Assembly (NCBI GenBank): GCA_016191235.1
Contig: JACPOZ010000021.1
Coordinates: forward strand, 4,131 to 68,130
Length of the DNA: 64,000 nucleotides
Origin: Gammaproteobacteria bacterium
GTDB taxonomy: Bacteria > Pseudomonadota > Gammaproteobacteria > Ga0077554 > Ga007554
Direction of reading: 5' to 3'
Below the pieces are notes generated by a model. The model was not told where the DNA came from. It saw only the letters and a program-made list of their open reading frames with translations, and did no database searches. Made by a program: the position numbers and the translations under genes. Positions 11,402 to 22,420 of this stretch are shown here, in pieces. How positions within the stretch are numbered: position 1 is the stretch's first letter; each line of letters begins with the position of its first letter.

Positions 11402-12501
11402 ACTAATCCCCGGCGAATACGCTGGCCTTTATCCAGACTCAGATTGCCGGTCTCCCCCGCCATGCGCTCACTGGGGTCTGCACGCATCCGGCTCAGGTAA
11501 GGCAAGAGATTATAGGCGTCCACGCCTAATGCGTAGAGGCGCTTGAACTGTTCCGAGGATTGAGGCCAGCGCAGGGAAATGATGCGCGACAAGGCCTGTT
11601 GGCCCTCCTCCAGCACCCAGGGCATGTCGCAAAACAGCACATCGTTCACGTCGGCATCGGCATTTTTGTCGACACGCCCTGTGTAAACATGCGAGGTGGC
11701 ATAAACCGGCACATCGCCCGCAAAGTTAAAGTTCAACTGGGGGCGGATCTGGCGCGCCTGGCGTGGGGTGGCAACCAGGAACAAGGCATCCACATCCTGA
11801 CGGCGGCGGCGCTCCTTACTGCTGATATTGAAGAGCGTGCGCACAGGGGTTGCAAAATCGCTACCCGCCGGGTCATATGTCTGTTGCGCAACCACACTGC
11901 CGCCTAGCTCCTCAAAGCGTGCTTTAAACGTATTGAACACCCGCGCGCCCCACTCCCCCACGGGGATTAACGCAACCGCTTGGCGGCGGCCATCCTGCCA
12001 TGCGCGCTCAGCCACCGCACGCGCCTCATCCTCGGGCGCCAGGCCGAACTGGAAAAGATTACCGGGGCTGGTGTTTTCGTCCTCCGTATAGTTAAGCGTC
12101 AGCGTGGGCACGGCCAAATCAGCATTGCGGGCCAGCGCCTTCACACCGTCCTTGTCCAGCGGACCAATCACCACATTCGCACCTTCCGCCAATGCCTGCT
12201 GATATGCCGCCAGCACCGCAGCAGGCTGAGCACCTGCGTCATAGAGCCGGATGGTGGGCTGATAAAGCTTGTTCAAACGCTGATAATAGGCCGCGAAAAA
12301 ACCGTCACGCACCGCCGCCGCAGCTTTTGCAAGCGGGCCGCTGGAAGGTAACAGCAGCGCGATATTGGCGGGCGGTTCGGCCAGGCGCGGCTGCTCCGGC
12401 ATTGCGGCAACAACGTTACCTGGATCAATGGCAAAGGCACGCCCCACAAACGACAGCGCTACACCGAGCAGCAGGGATGATATGTATTTGGCTGGTAGCA
12501 T
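11353..12501 (-). CDS. lpoA: penicillin-binding protein activator LpoA (LppC family)
   Basis: ORF 11353..12561 trimmed to MLPAKYISSLLLGVALSFVGRAFA (signal peptide). An alternative ATG lies at 12519. Periplasmic-binding-like body; divergent from rsmI as in E. coli. Confidence 0.78.
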   Translation of the reverse strand: MLPAKYISSLLLGVALSFVGRAFAIDPGNVVAAMPEQPRLAEPPANIALLLPSSGPLAKAAAAVRDGFFAAYYQRLNKLYQPTIRLYDAGAQPAAVLAAYQQALAEGANVVIGPLDKDGVKALARNADLAVPTLTLNYTEDENTSPGNLFQFGLAPEDEARAVAERAWQDGRRQAVALIPVGEWGARVFNTFKARFEELGGSVVAQQTYDPAGSDFATPVRTLFNISSKERRRRQDVDALFLVATPRQARQIRPQLNFNFAGDVPVYATSHVYTGRVDKNADADVNDVLFCDMPWVLEEGQQALSRIISLRWPQSSEQFKRLYALGVDAYNLLPYLSRMRADPSERMAGETGNLSLDKGQRIRRGLVCARFVDGEPRIIAQP

Positions 12502-12547
12502 GGCATGATTATATGCCATGTCCGGTGGTTTTTGAGGATCGCAAGCA

Positions 12548-13402
12548 GTGTCAAACAACAATAAAGGTGTGCTTTACGTCGTGGCGACGCCTATCGGCAA
12601 TCTTGGAGACATGTCACCGCGCGCGGTGGAGGTGCTTTCGGCAGCCCAAGTAATCGCCGCCGAGGATACCCGCCACAGCATGCCGCTACTTCGGCATTTC
12701 GGCATTAAAACGCCGTGCATCGCCGTCCACGAACACAATGAGCGCGAGCGTTGCGCCGAACTGGTAGGCCGCTTGCAGGCTGGCGAATCAATTGCGCTGA
12801 TCAGCGATGCGGGTACGCCACTGGTGAGCGACCCCGGCTACCATCTGGTGCGCGCAGCACGTGAACAGGGGGTGCGCGTCATACCGATCCCCGGCCCCAG
12901 CGCCCTGATCAGCGCGCTGTCGGCCTCTGGCCTGCCGACAGACCACTTTGTTTTTGAAGGTTTTTTACCTGCCAAGTCGGCGGCCCGCCGCCACCGGCTG
13001 AGCGAACTTGCCAATGACACCCGTACCATAGCGTTTTTTGAGTCATCCCACCGCATCCTCGACTCCCTGAGCGACATGGCGCAGGTGTTCGGCGCGGACC
13101 GGAGGGCGGTGGTGGCACGCGAACTGACCAAGATGTTCGAGACTATTCATGGCGATACGCTGGGGGCGCTGTGCGATTGGATGGACGCAGACATTCATCA
13201 GCAAAAGGGCGAGTTTGTCGTCCTGGTACATGGCGCCGCACCACGCGACGAAACGGAAGGCAGCACCGAAGCGGAACGGGTACTGCGCATCCTGCTAACC
13301 GAACTGCCGGTAAAACAGGCCGCCGTGCTGGCTGCAAAACTTACCGGACAAAAAAAGAACTTTTTATATGATCTGGCGGTCACGCTAGCCGGTAACCAAT
13401 AG
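12548..13402 (+). CDS. rsmI: 16S rRNA (cytidine1402-2'-O)-methyltransferase
   Basis: 284 aa with the tetrapyrrole-methylase-fold N-terminus GVLYVVATPIGNLGDMSPRAVEVL. Confidence 0.92.
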   Translation: MSNNNKGVLYVVATPIGNLGDMSPRAVEVLSAAQVIAAEDTRHSMPLLRHFGIKTPCIAVHEHNERERCAELVGRLQAGESIALISDAGTPLVSDPGYHLVRAAREQGVRVIPIPGPSALISALSASGLPTDHFVFEGFLPAKSAARRHRLSELANDTRTIAFFESSHRILDSLSDMAQVFGADRRAVVARELTKMFETIHGDTLGALCDWMDADIHQQKGEFVVLVHGAAPRDETEGSTEAERVLRILLTELPVKQAAVLAAKLTGQKKNFLYDLAVTLAGNQ

Positions 13403-13432
13403 TTGGGTACAAGAGTTAGCTTTTTACGGATG

Positions 13433-13455
13433 GGAGCTGGTCATTAGCTCCTTTT
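13433..13455 (+). terminator. rho-independent terminator after rsmI
   Basis: ggagct-ggtcatt-agctcc hairpin followed by tttt. Confidence 0.5.
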
Positions 13456-13478
13456 GCCGTGCGCGCAGCGCACGTCGG

Positions 13479-14129
13479 CTATCCTAACCCTGGGAGCAAT
13501 TGGCGTAACCCGTCCACGATAAACTCCACTGATATGGCGGCAAGCAGCAGCCCCATCAGGCGCGTAACAATATTGATACCGGTTCGCCCGAGCATGGCGC
13601 TCAATGGGAGCGCCATGCGCAGGGCCGCCCATACTGCGAGCGCGACAACCGTGCAACTCACGATGACCAACGCCACCCCCAGCCAGTCTGTCGCCTGATG
13701 GGCGTATATGATTACGGTGCTGATGGCGCCGGGGCCAGCGAGTATAGGGATCGCCAGCGGGACAACCGCGGCGCTCTGTCTGTCTGCCGCCTCTGCCGCC
13801 TCCTCTGGCGTATGTTTGGCGGCCACGGTGGAGGCATTCATCATGGCAACGGCCATCAACAAGATGAGGATGCCACCGCCCACGCGAAACGAGGCGATGC
13901 TGATGCCGAAGAAGCCCAAAATCGTGTCACCCGCCAGGCATGCCACGGCCAACACGATGGCCACCGATAACGCCGTGATACGCGGCATACGGTGGCGCTC
14001 CCTGACAGAACGGTCAGCCGTGAGACTCAGGAATAAAGGGACAGCGCCAAGCGGGTTGACGATGACGAAGATGGCAGTAAAAACCTTCGCGTAATGACCC
14101 CAGTCAGCCATGGCTGCTATATCCCCCAC
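13479..14129 (-). CDS. MarC-family (UPF0056) integral membrane protein
   Basis: 216 aa, polytopic, with IVNPLGAVPLFLSLT motif. An alternative start lies at 14111. Confidence 0.85.
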   Translation of the reverse strand: MGDIAAMADWGHYAKVFTAIFVIVNPLGAVPLFLSLTADRSVRERHRMPRITALSVAIVLAVACLAGDTILGFFGISIASFRVGGGILILLMAVAMMNASTVAAKHTPEEAAEAADRQSAAVVPLAIPILAGPGAISTVIIYAHQATDWLGVALVIVSCTVVALAVWAALRMALPLSAMLGRTGINIVTRLMGLLLAAISVEFIVDGLRQLLPGLG

Positions 14130-14263
14130 ACACTTTCAGCACCAGGGCACGCCCCGCACCATGAAACCCGCACACCCACCCCGTCTAACCGCCGTTTCAC
14201 AGGTTGAAATATACTGCGCGCGCATGTATATTAGTATTATCTAATTAACTAAAGGATGACGCC

Positions 14264-14500
14264 ATGACTATCAATCGCACTGTCCGTATCATCGCCGGTT
14301 TTTTTATCCTGCTATCCTTGGCCCTGGGCGTTGAAGCCAGCCCGCTGTTTCATAACGTGAATTGGCTGTGGTTCACGGCGTTTGTCGGGGCGAATTTGTT
14401 CCAGAGCGGCATCACCAACTGGTGCCTGATGGACACAATCCTGACCAAGTTGGGCGTACCCGCCACGGCCTCTTGCTCATCCGGCCGCAAGACTGCATAA
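14264..14500 (+). CDS. small inner-membrane protein, DUF2892/YgaP-like
   Basis: 78 aa with two TM helices. R.IAG..IL N-terminus and NLFQSGITNWCLMDTIL core, typical of DUF2892. Confidence 0.7.
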   Translation: MTINRTVRIIAGFFILLSLALGVEASPLFHNVNWLWFTAFVGANLFQSGITNWCLMDTILTKLGVPATASCSSGRKTA

Positions 14501-14502
14501 AC

Positions 14503-15132
14503 TCATCTGCGCCGCGCGAGATAGCTCATGATGAATTCAACAATCTCGACGCGGTTATAGGCCTCCTGCGCGTCGCCGCCCCACACGGTGATCCCATGCC
14601 CGCGGATCATCAGTGCGGGGATGCGCGGTGCTGCGGCCTGGAAGCGCTGATCGATAGCCGCCGCTATGCGTGCAACATCGAGCAGATTGTCGAACAACGG
14701 CAACGCAGCATCGGGATTCTGCTCCCATATCCCCAGCCCCTTCACCATTTCCAACGGCGGCAACGGCATTTCCAGTGCGGTGGGCGAAATGTTTTCACAC
14801 GCCAGACAGGCGTCCACGGTATGCACATGCAGGCACGCACGCGCATCGGGAAAATGTTGGTAGACCACTTGATGGATGGAACACTCGGCAGAGGGTTTGG
14901 CATTGGCGTGTAACCGTTCAACAATCTCTCCATCGCGGATGCGCATGCGCAGAAAATCTGTCTCTTCCAGACGTCCCTTGGGCAGGCCGCTGGCGGTTAT
15001 CCAAAAGCTGCCGTCATCCGAGCGGATGCTAAGATTACCCGCCGTGCCTGCCATCCAGCCACGCGCATGAAAGTCGCGCGCAATCTCAACGAGGGCTGCG
15101 CGTGGCGCGAGCTGGTCCAATGTTGTCGCCAA
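14503..15132 (-). CDS. mtnB: methylthioribulose-1-phosphate dehydratase
   Basis: 209 aa class II aldolase/adducin fold with GTAGNLSIR, PSAECSIH, HVHT and RGHGITVWG motifs. Adjacent to mtnD. Confidence 0.8.
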   Translation of the reverse strand: MATTLDQLAPRAALVEIARDFHARGWMAGTAGNLSIRSDDGSFWITASGLPKGRLEETDFLRMRIRDGEIVERLHANAKPSAECSIHQVVYQHFPDARACLHVHTVDACLACENISPTALEMPLPPLEMVKGLGIWEQNPDAALPLFDNLLDVARIAAAIDQRFQAAAPRIPALMIRGHGITVWGGDAQEAYNRVEIVEFIMSYLARRR

Positions 15133-15148
15133 AAAACTCTCCTACAAC

Positions 15149-15691
15149 TCAGCCAACAAATTGCAAAGGGCGCCCGGTATAAACGGGCGTCCAGCCGCTC
15201 GTATCGACAAAGTAACGCACCGCCTTGATGCGTTTGGAATCGCCCAGAATGAACCAGTGCTCAGCGTTGGCTGGGACATTGATATAGTCGCCTGCTGTCA
15301 CTTCAAGCATGAACTGCTTACCATCGGGCTCGACAAATCCGAAATACCCCTTGCCCGCAAGGATGTACCGCACCTCATCGTCAGTGTGGTAGTGGATCTT
15401 TTCGAACTTGGCGAGCATCTCGGCAAGGCCGGGGATGTTTTCATGGATCACGATCATGTCACGCGTGATATACCCCGCCTCGCGCTTTAGCTCATCAAAG
15501 CGATCATCCACGACAGCGAGCAATTCCTGCTTTTCGGCGTCATCCAGCACCGCCTTTTCCATCAATTCCAGGCTGCGCGGCTGGGCAGGCGCCGGCCAGT
15601 GGCGCAGCGTAATGCCTATCGTCGCAAGCTTGGCTTGAATAGCGGGCAAATCCCGCGTATCGGTCTGGTCGGGAAAGATCATGCGCGCCAT
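15149..15691 (-). CDS. mtnD: acireductone dioxygenase (ARD)
   Basis: 180 aa cupin with the HYHTDDEVRYILAGKGYF metal-binding motif. Confidence 0.85.
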   Translation of the reverse strand: MARMIFPDQTDTRDLPAIQAKLATIGITLRHWPAPAQPRSLELMEKAVLDDAEKQELLAVVDDRFDELKREAGYITRDMIVIHENIPGLAEMLAKFEKIHYHTDDEVRYILAGKGYFGFVEPDGKQFMLEVTAGDYINVPANAEHWFILGDSKRIKAVRYFVDTSGWTPVYTGRPLQFVG

Positions 15692-15716
15692 GTTTCGCTC
15701 CTTAATTTCACAAAAT

Positions 15717-17021
15717 TTATCCTTTTCTCGGCCTGTGCGCCTGCCTTGAACCCGAACTCCCGCGGCGCTTCTGGCCAGAGGGAGCAGATCGACTACGCAT
15801 GCGGTCTCCCGCCCCGCTATGCCGTCCGCCCGCGACGGCAGGGGTCACAGGCGTGGCCAGCACCTCGCCACTGAGGCGGCCTACCGGGATTTTGTGGCCG
15901 ATGTATTCTTCGATCTCGGGAATCGAAAAGGCGTACTCCTCACAGGCAAAGCTGATTGCATCCCCGCTTGCGCCGGCACGCGCGGTGCGGCCGATGCGAT
16001 GCACATAATCCTCGGCATCCTGCGGGAGATCGAAGTTGAACACATGGCTGACCTCGGAAATATGCAGGCCGCGCGCCGCGACATCGGTGGCGACCAGCAC
16101 GGGCAGCTCGCCTTGCTGGAATTGCGCGAGCAACGACATGCGCTTGTTCTGCGGCACATCACCCGACAATATGGCGGATTTGAAGCCATTACTCTCAAGA
16201 TGAGCCCACACCTGGTCGGCCGCGCGCTTGGTGTTGACGAAAACAATGGTGCGTTTGGGATCCATATGTTTCAGCAACCCTATCAGCGCGGGGATTTTTT
16301 CTTCGCTGGCGGTGTGATAGATGATCTGCGAGACATTATCAGCCGTCACCTTATCGCTCTCGATTTTCACGAGCTGTGGGTTATTCATGTGCTCGTAGGC
16401 AAGCTCAGTGACGCGCAGCGACAGCGTCGCCGAAAACAACATGCTAAGACGCTTTTCGGGCTTGGGCAACTGGCGCAGCAGGAAGCGGATGTCCTTGATG
16501 AAACCAAGGTCAAGCATGCGGTCGGCCTCATCCAGCACCGCCACCTGCACCGCCTTCAAGTCAAACACGCCTTGCCTGAAGTAATCAATAATCCGGCCCG
16601 GCGTGCCAATCAGGATATCCACGCCCTCCTCGAACATGGCGCGCTGCGCCTCGTAGCCTGTGCCGCCGTAAACCAACCCTAAAGTGAGGCCGGCATGCCT
16701 GCCCAAAAGGAGTGCATCCTTGTGGATCTGGATCGCCAATTCGCGCGTCGGCGCCAATATCACGGCGCGCGGCTGGTTGGGCCGCCGCTTTGGAGAAGCG
16801 GGTACCGTCAGCAGGCGATTCATCACGGCCAGCAGGAAAGCGGCCGTTTTGCCGGTACCGGTTTGCGCCTGCCCTGCCACATCTTTGCCCGACAGCGCCA
16901 GCGGCAGGGTTGCGGCCTGGATCGGCGTACAACGGGAAAAACCTGCGTCTTCGATTCCTTGCCTCAAAGAATCGGAAAAATCAAAACTGGAAAATGAGAT
17001 ATCTGACAAATGATCGTTCAT
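15717..17021 (-). CDS. rhlB: DEAD-box ATP-dependent RNA helicase RhlB-like
   Basis: 434 aa with Q-motif, [21 protein letters not shown] and [10 protein letters not shown] motifs. rhlB / trxA-rho synteny as in E. coli. Confidence 0.85.
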   Translation of the reverse strand: MNDHLSDISFSSFDFSDSLRQGIEDAGFSRCTPIQAATLPLALSGKDVAGQAQTGTGKTAAFLLAVMNRLLTVPASPKRRPNQPRAVILAPTRELAIQIHKDALLLGRHAGLTLGLVYGGTGYEAQRAMFEEGVDILIGTPGRIIDYFRQGVFDLKAVQVAVLDEADRMLDLGFIKDIRFLLRQLPKPEKRLSMLFSATLSLRVTELAYEHMNNPQLVKIESDKVTADNVSQIIYHTASEEKIPALIGLLKHMDPKRTIVFVNTKRAADQVWAHLESNGFKSAILSGDVPQNKRMSLLAQFQQGELPVLVATDVAARGLHISEVSHVFNFDLPQDAEDYVHRIGRTARAGASGDAISFACEEYAFSIPEIEEYIGHKIPVGRLSGEVLATPVTPAVAGGRHSGAGDRMRSRSAPSGQKRRGSSGSRQAHRPRKG

Positions 17022-17191
17022 AAATCAAAGAATAACAGAATTGCCGGACGATTGGACTTGAAATATGCGGCGGATTAGGCTTGAATGTGAGAAAATAAAC
17101 CTTAAGATAATGATTACAACCACCGTTAAGAGAGCCGTACAACAATAATCAGGCTCTCAAACCCACATCAATCAATCGGAGATGCACTAAC

Positions 17192-17518
17192 GTGAGCAAA
17201 AACATCATTTATGTCACCGACGCCACCTTCGACAACGAAGCGCTGAAAAGCGACACGCCGGTACTGGTCGATTTCTGGGCCGAATGGTGCGGCCCCTGCA
17301 AGATGATCGCCCCGATTCTGGACGAAATCGCCGGAGAATATGCGGGCAGGATCAAGGTCGCCAAACTCAATATCGACGAAAACCCCGCTACACCGTCTCA
17401 ATACGGCATACGCGGCATCCCCACCCTGATGCTGTTTAAAAACGGTAATGTTGAAGCCACCAAAGTGGGCGCGGTCTCCAAGTCTCAATTGACGGCGTTT
17501 ATTGACAGCAACCTTTGA
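17192..17518 (+). CDS. trxA: thioredoxin 1
   Basis: 108 aa with a GTG start and WAEWCGPCK active site. Confidence 0.95.
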   Translation: MSKNIIYVTDATFDNEALKSDTPVLVDFWAEWCGPCKMIAPILDEIAGEYAGRIKVAKLNIDENPATPSQYGIRGIPTLMLFKNGNVEATKVGAVSKSQLTAFIDSNL

Positions 17519-17768
17519 ACCATATACACAACGCCACACGAGCCTCTCGCAATTTAACCCGCGAGGGGCTAGACGTGGCGCCCTTTTAGTGGTAGCTTTG
17601 CAAAAAGCGCAAATAATTTCGAGCACTGCCAGTATATCTGGCAACAGCGGAACCTCCCCCAGCAACACATCAGCGGCACGAGAAACATACGAGCGTCCCT
17701 ACACACAGGGCCATTCGTTTCTTTAACTTCATCTGCATACCCATTCCAGAACCTGACGATCATCCATC
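17519..17768 (+). promoter_or_regulatory. long untranslated rho leader (possible autoregulatory attenuator)
   Basis: A 250-nt non-coding gap. The distal half is C-rich and G-poor (…ccctacacacagggccattcgtttctttaacttcatctgcatacccattccagaacc…), resembling rut-like sequence. An imperfect hairpin agcctctcgc/gcgaggggct follows trxA. Confidence 0.3.
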
Positions 17769-19025
<1,257 letters not shown>

Positions 19026-19034
19026 TGGTTTTGC

Positions 19035-19065
19035 AGGCCGGGGCGTTAAAAAAATGCCCCGGCCT
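19035..19065. terminator. GC-rich hairpin between convergent rho and glgP
   Basis: aggccggggc-N11-gccccggcct, a 10-bp perfect stem with no clear T-run. Confidence 0.35.
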
Positions 19066-19113
19066 ACCGACTATGCTGCCAATAATAGCGGGTGGACTTA
19101 AAGTCCGCCCTCG

Positions 19114-21633
19114 CTATTTCTGCTTAACCTTCTTACTCTCCGTCCGCTGTTCCAGCGTGATCTTTACTGGCTTCACATCCCATATTTCCTCCGCATATTC
19201 ACGGATGGTGCGGTCACTGGAAAATTTCCCCATGTGCGCAACATTGAGGATCGCCTTGCGCGTCCACTCCTGAGGATCGGCATAAAGCTCGGCAACCCGC
19301 TCTTGCGCTGATATATATGATGCGTAATCGGCAAGCAGCAGGTAATGATCGCCACCATGTGTCAAGGCGTCGATGATGGGCTTGAACAGGTCAGGCTCGT
19401 CGGGCGAGAAATATCCCGAGCCTATCATGTCGAGCACTTGCTTCAACTCGTGGTTTGCATGGTAATAATCCCATGGGTTGTAGCCATTTCTGCGCACTTC
19501 CTCGGCCTGCTGGGCCGTCAGGCCAAAGATGAAAATATTATCTTCACCTACCTCTTCGCGGATTTCCACATTCGCCCCGTCCAGCGTGCCTATGGTGAGG
19601 GCGCCGTTGAGCGCGAGCTTCATGTTGCCTGTGCCGGAAGCCTCTGTGCCCGCCGTGGATATCTGTTGCGAGAGATCGCTGGCCGGGATGAGATCTTCCG
19701 CCGTGGAGACGTTGTAGTTGGGGACAAACAACACCTTAAGGCGACTGCCGATGGCCGGGTCGTTATTCACGATGTCGGCAACGTCATTGATGAGTTTGAT
19801 AATAAGTTTGGCCATGGCATAACCCGGTGCCGCCTTGCCGGCAAAAACCACCAGGCGCGGCACGACATGCGCGCCAGGATTGAACCGGATGCGGTTGTAC
19901 ACCGTAATGATATGCAGCACGTTTAGCAACTGGCGCTTATATTCATGAATACGCTTGATATGCACATCGAACATCGCGTCAGGATTGACATCTATACCCA
20001 GGTGCTTCTTGACCAGCGCGGCAACCCGCTCCTTGTTGGCACGCTTGACAGCGCGAAACTCGTCCCTGAAGGCAGGATCATCGGCCAGTGGGGCCAGCTT
20101 CTTCAGTTCATCAAGATTTGCGGTCCACTCGTCGCCAATACGCGATGTAATCAGGTCGGATAGCAGCGGGTTGGCGTGGTGCAGCCAGCGCCGTGGCGTG
20201 ATGCCATTGGTTTTGTTGACGATCTTGCCGGGGTAAAAGCGTTCGAAATCGGCAAAGGTGGACGACTTCATCAACAGGGTATGTAGTGCCGCGACACCGT
20301 TCACCTTGTGGCTGCCGACTACCGCCAGATGCCCCATGCGAATGCGCTTTCCGTTATCTTCATCGACAATCGACATGTGCCGCAGAAGATCGAAGTTGCC
20401 GGGGTATTGATGCATGACATCTTTCAGGAAGTGGTGGTTGATTTCATAAATAATCTGCAAATGGCGCGGCAACATTTCCTCAAACAGTTTCACCGGCCAG
20501 GTTTCCAGCGCCTCGGGCAGCAGCGTGTGATTAGTGTATGAGAAGGTGCGCACTGTGATATTCCAGGCGCGGCCCCATGGCAGACCATGGAGATCCATCA
20601 ATATCCGCATCAACTCGGGAATAGCCAGTACCGGGTGGGTATCGTTGAGCTGGATTGCCACCTTGTCCGGCAGCTTGTCAAAGTGGTAATGGGCCTTCTG
20701 GAAACGGCGCAGAATATCTTGCAATGATGCACTGACAAAGAAATATTGCTGCTTTAGCCGCAGCTCGCGGCCCATCGCAGTGGTGTCATCGGGGTAGAGT
20801 ACCTTGGAGAGGTTTTCTGATTCATTTTTATCCTCCAGGGCCTTGATGTAATTACCTTCGTTGAAATATTTCAAATTAAAATCGCGCGTCGCCTTGGCAG
20901 ACCACAGACGCATATTGTTCACGGTGTTGGTGTTATAGCCTGGGATCGGTGTGTCATAGGCCATCGCCATTACCTCATCGGCATCAACCCAGTGATAACG
21001 CTTCTGTCCGGTTTCATCCGGATATTCCACGACCCGGCCATGAAATTTCACGGGATAGAGCACTTCGGGACGCGGGAACTCCCAGGGGTTGCCGTAGCGC
21101 AGCCAGTTTTCAGGATGCTCAACCTGGTGGCCATTCTCGATACGTTGAGTGAACATGCCATACTCATAACGGATGCCATAGCCATACGACGGTATGCCAA
21201 GCGTCGCCATGGAATCAAGAAAACACGCCGCCAGCCGCCCGAGGCCACCGTTACCCAGCGCCGCATCCGGCTCCAGTTCACGGATCTCCTCCAGATTAAG
21301 CCCGATGTCATGCAAGGCCTGTTCGCATGCACCCTGAATCCCCACGTTGAGCAGGCTGTTGCTCAGTGTGCGGCCAATCAGGAATTCCAGAGAGAGGTAA
21401 TAGACGCGCTTGGCATCTTCACGGTAATAAGTGCGCATGGTTTCCATCCAGCGCTCCATGAGGCGGTCACGCACCGCATAGGCCGTGACGTTGTACCAGT
21501 CGCGATCAGTGGCGGTATGAAGATCCTTGCCTACCTCGTATTCAAGTCGATTGGCCATCGAGTACTTGATGGCCTCGGCGTCCAGACCCATATAGTCATA
21601 CTTGAAGGAACGCATAGTACTTTTCATCGGCAT
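19114..21633 (-). CDS. glgP: glycogen/maltodextrin phosphorylase
   Basis: 839 aa with the PLP-site motif EASGTGNMKLALNGALTIGTLDGANVE. Confidence 0.93.
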   Translation of the reverse strand: MPMKSTMRSFKYDYMGLDAEAIKYSMANRLEYEVGKDLHTATDRDWYNVTAYAVRDRLMERWMETMRTYYREDAKRVYYLSLEFLIGRTLSNSLLNVGIQGACEQALHDIGLNLEEIRELEPDAALGNGGLGRLAACFLDSMATLGIPSYGYGIRYEYGMFTQRIENGHQVEHPENWLRYGNPWEFPRPEVLYPVKFHGRVVEYPDETGQKRYHWVDADEVMAMAYDTPIPGYNTNTVNNMRLWSAKATRDFNLKYFNEGNYIKALEDKNESENLSKVLYPDDTTAMGRELRLKQQYFFVSASLQDILRRFQKAHYHFDKLPDKVAIQLNDTHPVLAIPELMRILMDLHGLPWGRAWNITVRTFSYTNHTLLPEALETWPVKLFEEMLPRHLQIIYEINHHFLKDVMHQYPGNFDLLRHMSIVDEDNGKRIRMGHLAVVGSHKVNGVAALHTLLMKSSTFADFERFYPGKIVNKTNGITPRRWLHHANPLLSDLITSRIGDEWTANLDELKKLAPLADDPAFRDEFRAVKRANKERVAALVKKHLGIDVNPDAMFDVHIKRIHEYKRQLLNVLHIITVYNRIRFNPGAHVVPRLVVFAGKAAPGYAMAKLIIKLINDVADIVNNDPAIGSRLKVLFVPNYNVSTAEDLIPASDLSQQISTAGTEASGTGNMKLALNGALTIGTLDGANVEIREEVGEDNIFIFGLTAQQAEEVRRNGYNPWDYYHANHELKQVLDMIGSGYFSPDEPDLFKPIIDALTHGGDHYLLLADYASYISAQERVAELYADPQEWTRKAILNVAHMGKFSSDRTIREYAEEIWDVKPVKITLEQRTESKKVKQK

Positions 21634-21720
21634 ATTCCATTCTCCCTTATTGATGAATTCCAGCAGTGGTGTCCCTTGTTATCGGACAACCGATTTATTT
21701 CTAAACAGGCGCTGACACAC

Positions 21721-21748
21721 AAAAAGAAAACCCCGCATCAAGCGGGGC
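21721..21748 (-). terminator. rho-independent terminator after ssb
   Basis: On the minus strand: ccccgc-ttgat-gcgggg followed by ttttcttttt. Confidence 0.6.
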
Positions 21749-21799
21749 CATCTTTCACCCTGAAGGGCATTCGTGTGTGTACCTTTTGGACTCGGGGTT

Positions 21800-22300
21800 T
21801 CAAAATGGGATGTCATCGTCAAAATCATCGAAATTCCCGCCCGGTGCCTGCTGCGATGCAGCTGGGGATTTTGCACTTTTCTGCCCTTCAGGGTAGTTCT
21901 CCTGGGTGCTCGAACTGCGCCCACCACCTTGCGAAGGCGAGAAATCCCCCCCGCCACCGGCACGGCTATCGAGCATTTGCATCTCGCTGGCCACGATCTT
22001 GGTGATATAGCGGTCAGCGCCCGTGGTTTTATCCTGGTATTTCTCCGTCTTGAGCGAGCCTTCGATATAGACCTTCGAGCCTTTTTTGAGATATTCGCCC
22101 GCGATCTCCGCGAGCCGGTTGAAAAACACCACATTGTGCCACTCGGTGCTTTCCTTCTTTTCGCCAGTCTGTTTGTCCTTCCAGCTATCGGCGGTGGCGA
22201 CAGTTACGTTGGCTACGGCGGAGCCGGAGGGCATGTAGCGCACTTCCGGGTCTTTGCCGAGGTTGCCGATCAGGATGACTTTGTTAATGCCTCTTGCCAT
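21800..22300 (-). CDS. ssb: single-stranded DNA-binding protein
   Basis: ORF trimmed to [26 protein letters not shown] (ATG 22300, AGAGG SD). Gly-rich linker and acidic DDDIPF tail. Confidence 0.95.
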   Translation of the reverse strand: MARGINKVILIGNLGKDPEVRYMPSGSAVANVTVATADSWKDKQTGEKKESTEWHNVVFFNRLAEIAGEYLKKGSKVYIEGSLKTEKYQDKTTGADRYITKIVASEMQMLDSRAGGGGDFSPSQGGGRSSSTQENYPEGQKSAKSPAASQQAPGGNFDDFDDDIPF

Positions 22301-22420
22301 GGGGAGCCTCTTAAGGTTTCGGGTTTCTTGTGTGCCCCGGAGGACACGTAGCGAATTGGGGATTTTGTACCCTAAAGGGCATAAACACCCTTCGGCACAC
22401 ATCACTTTAAATTGGTTATC

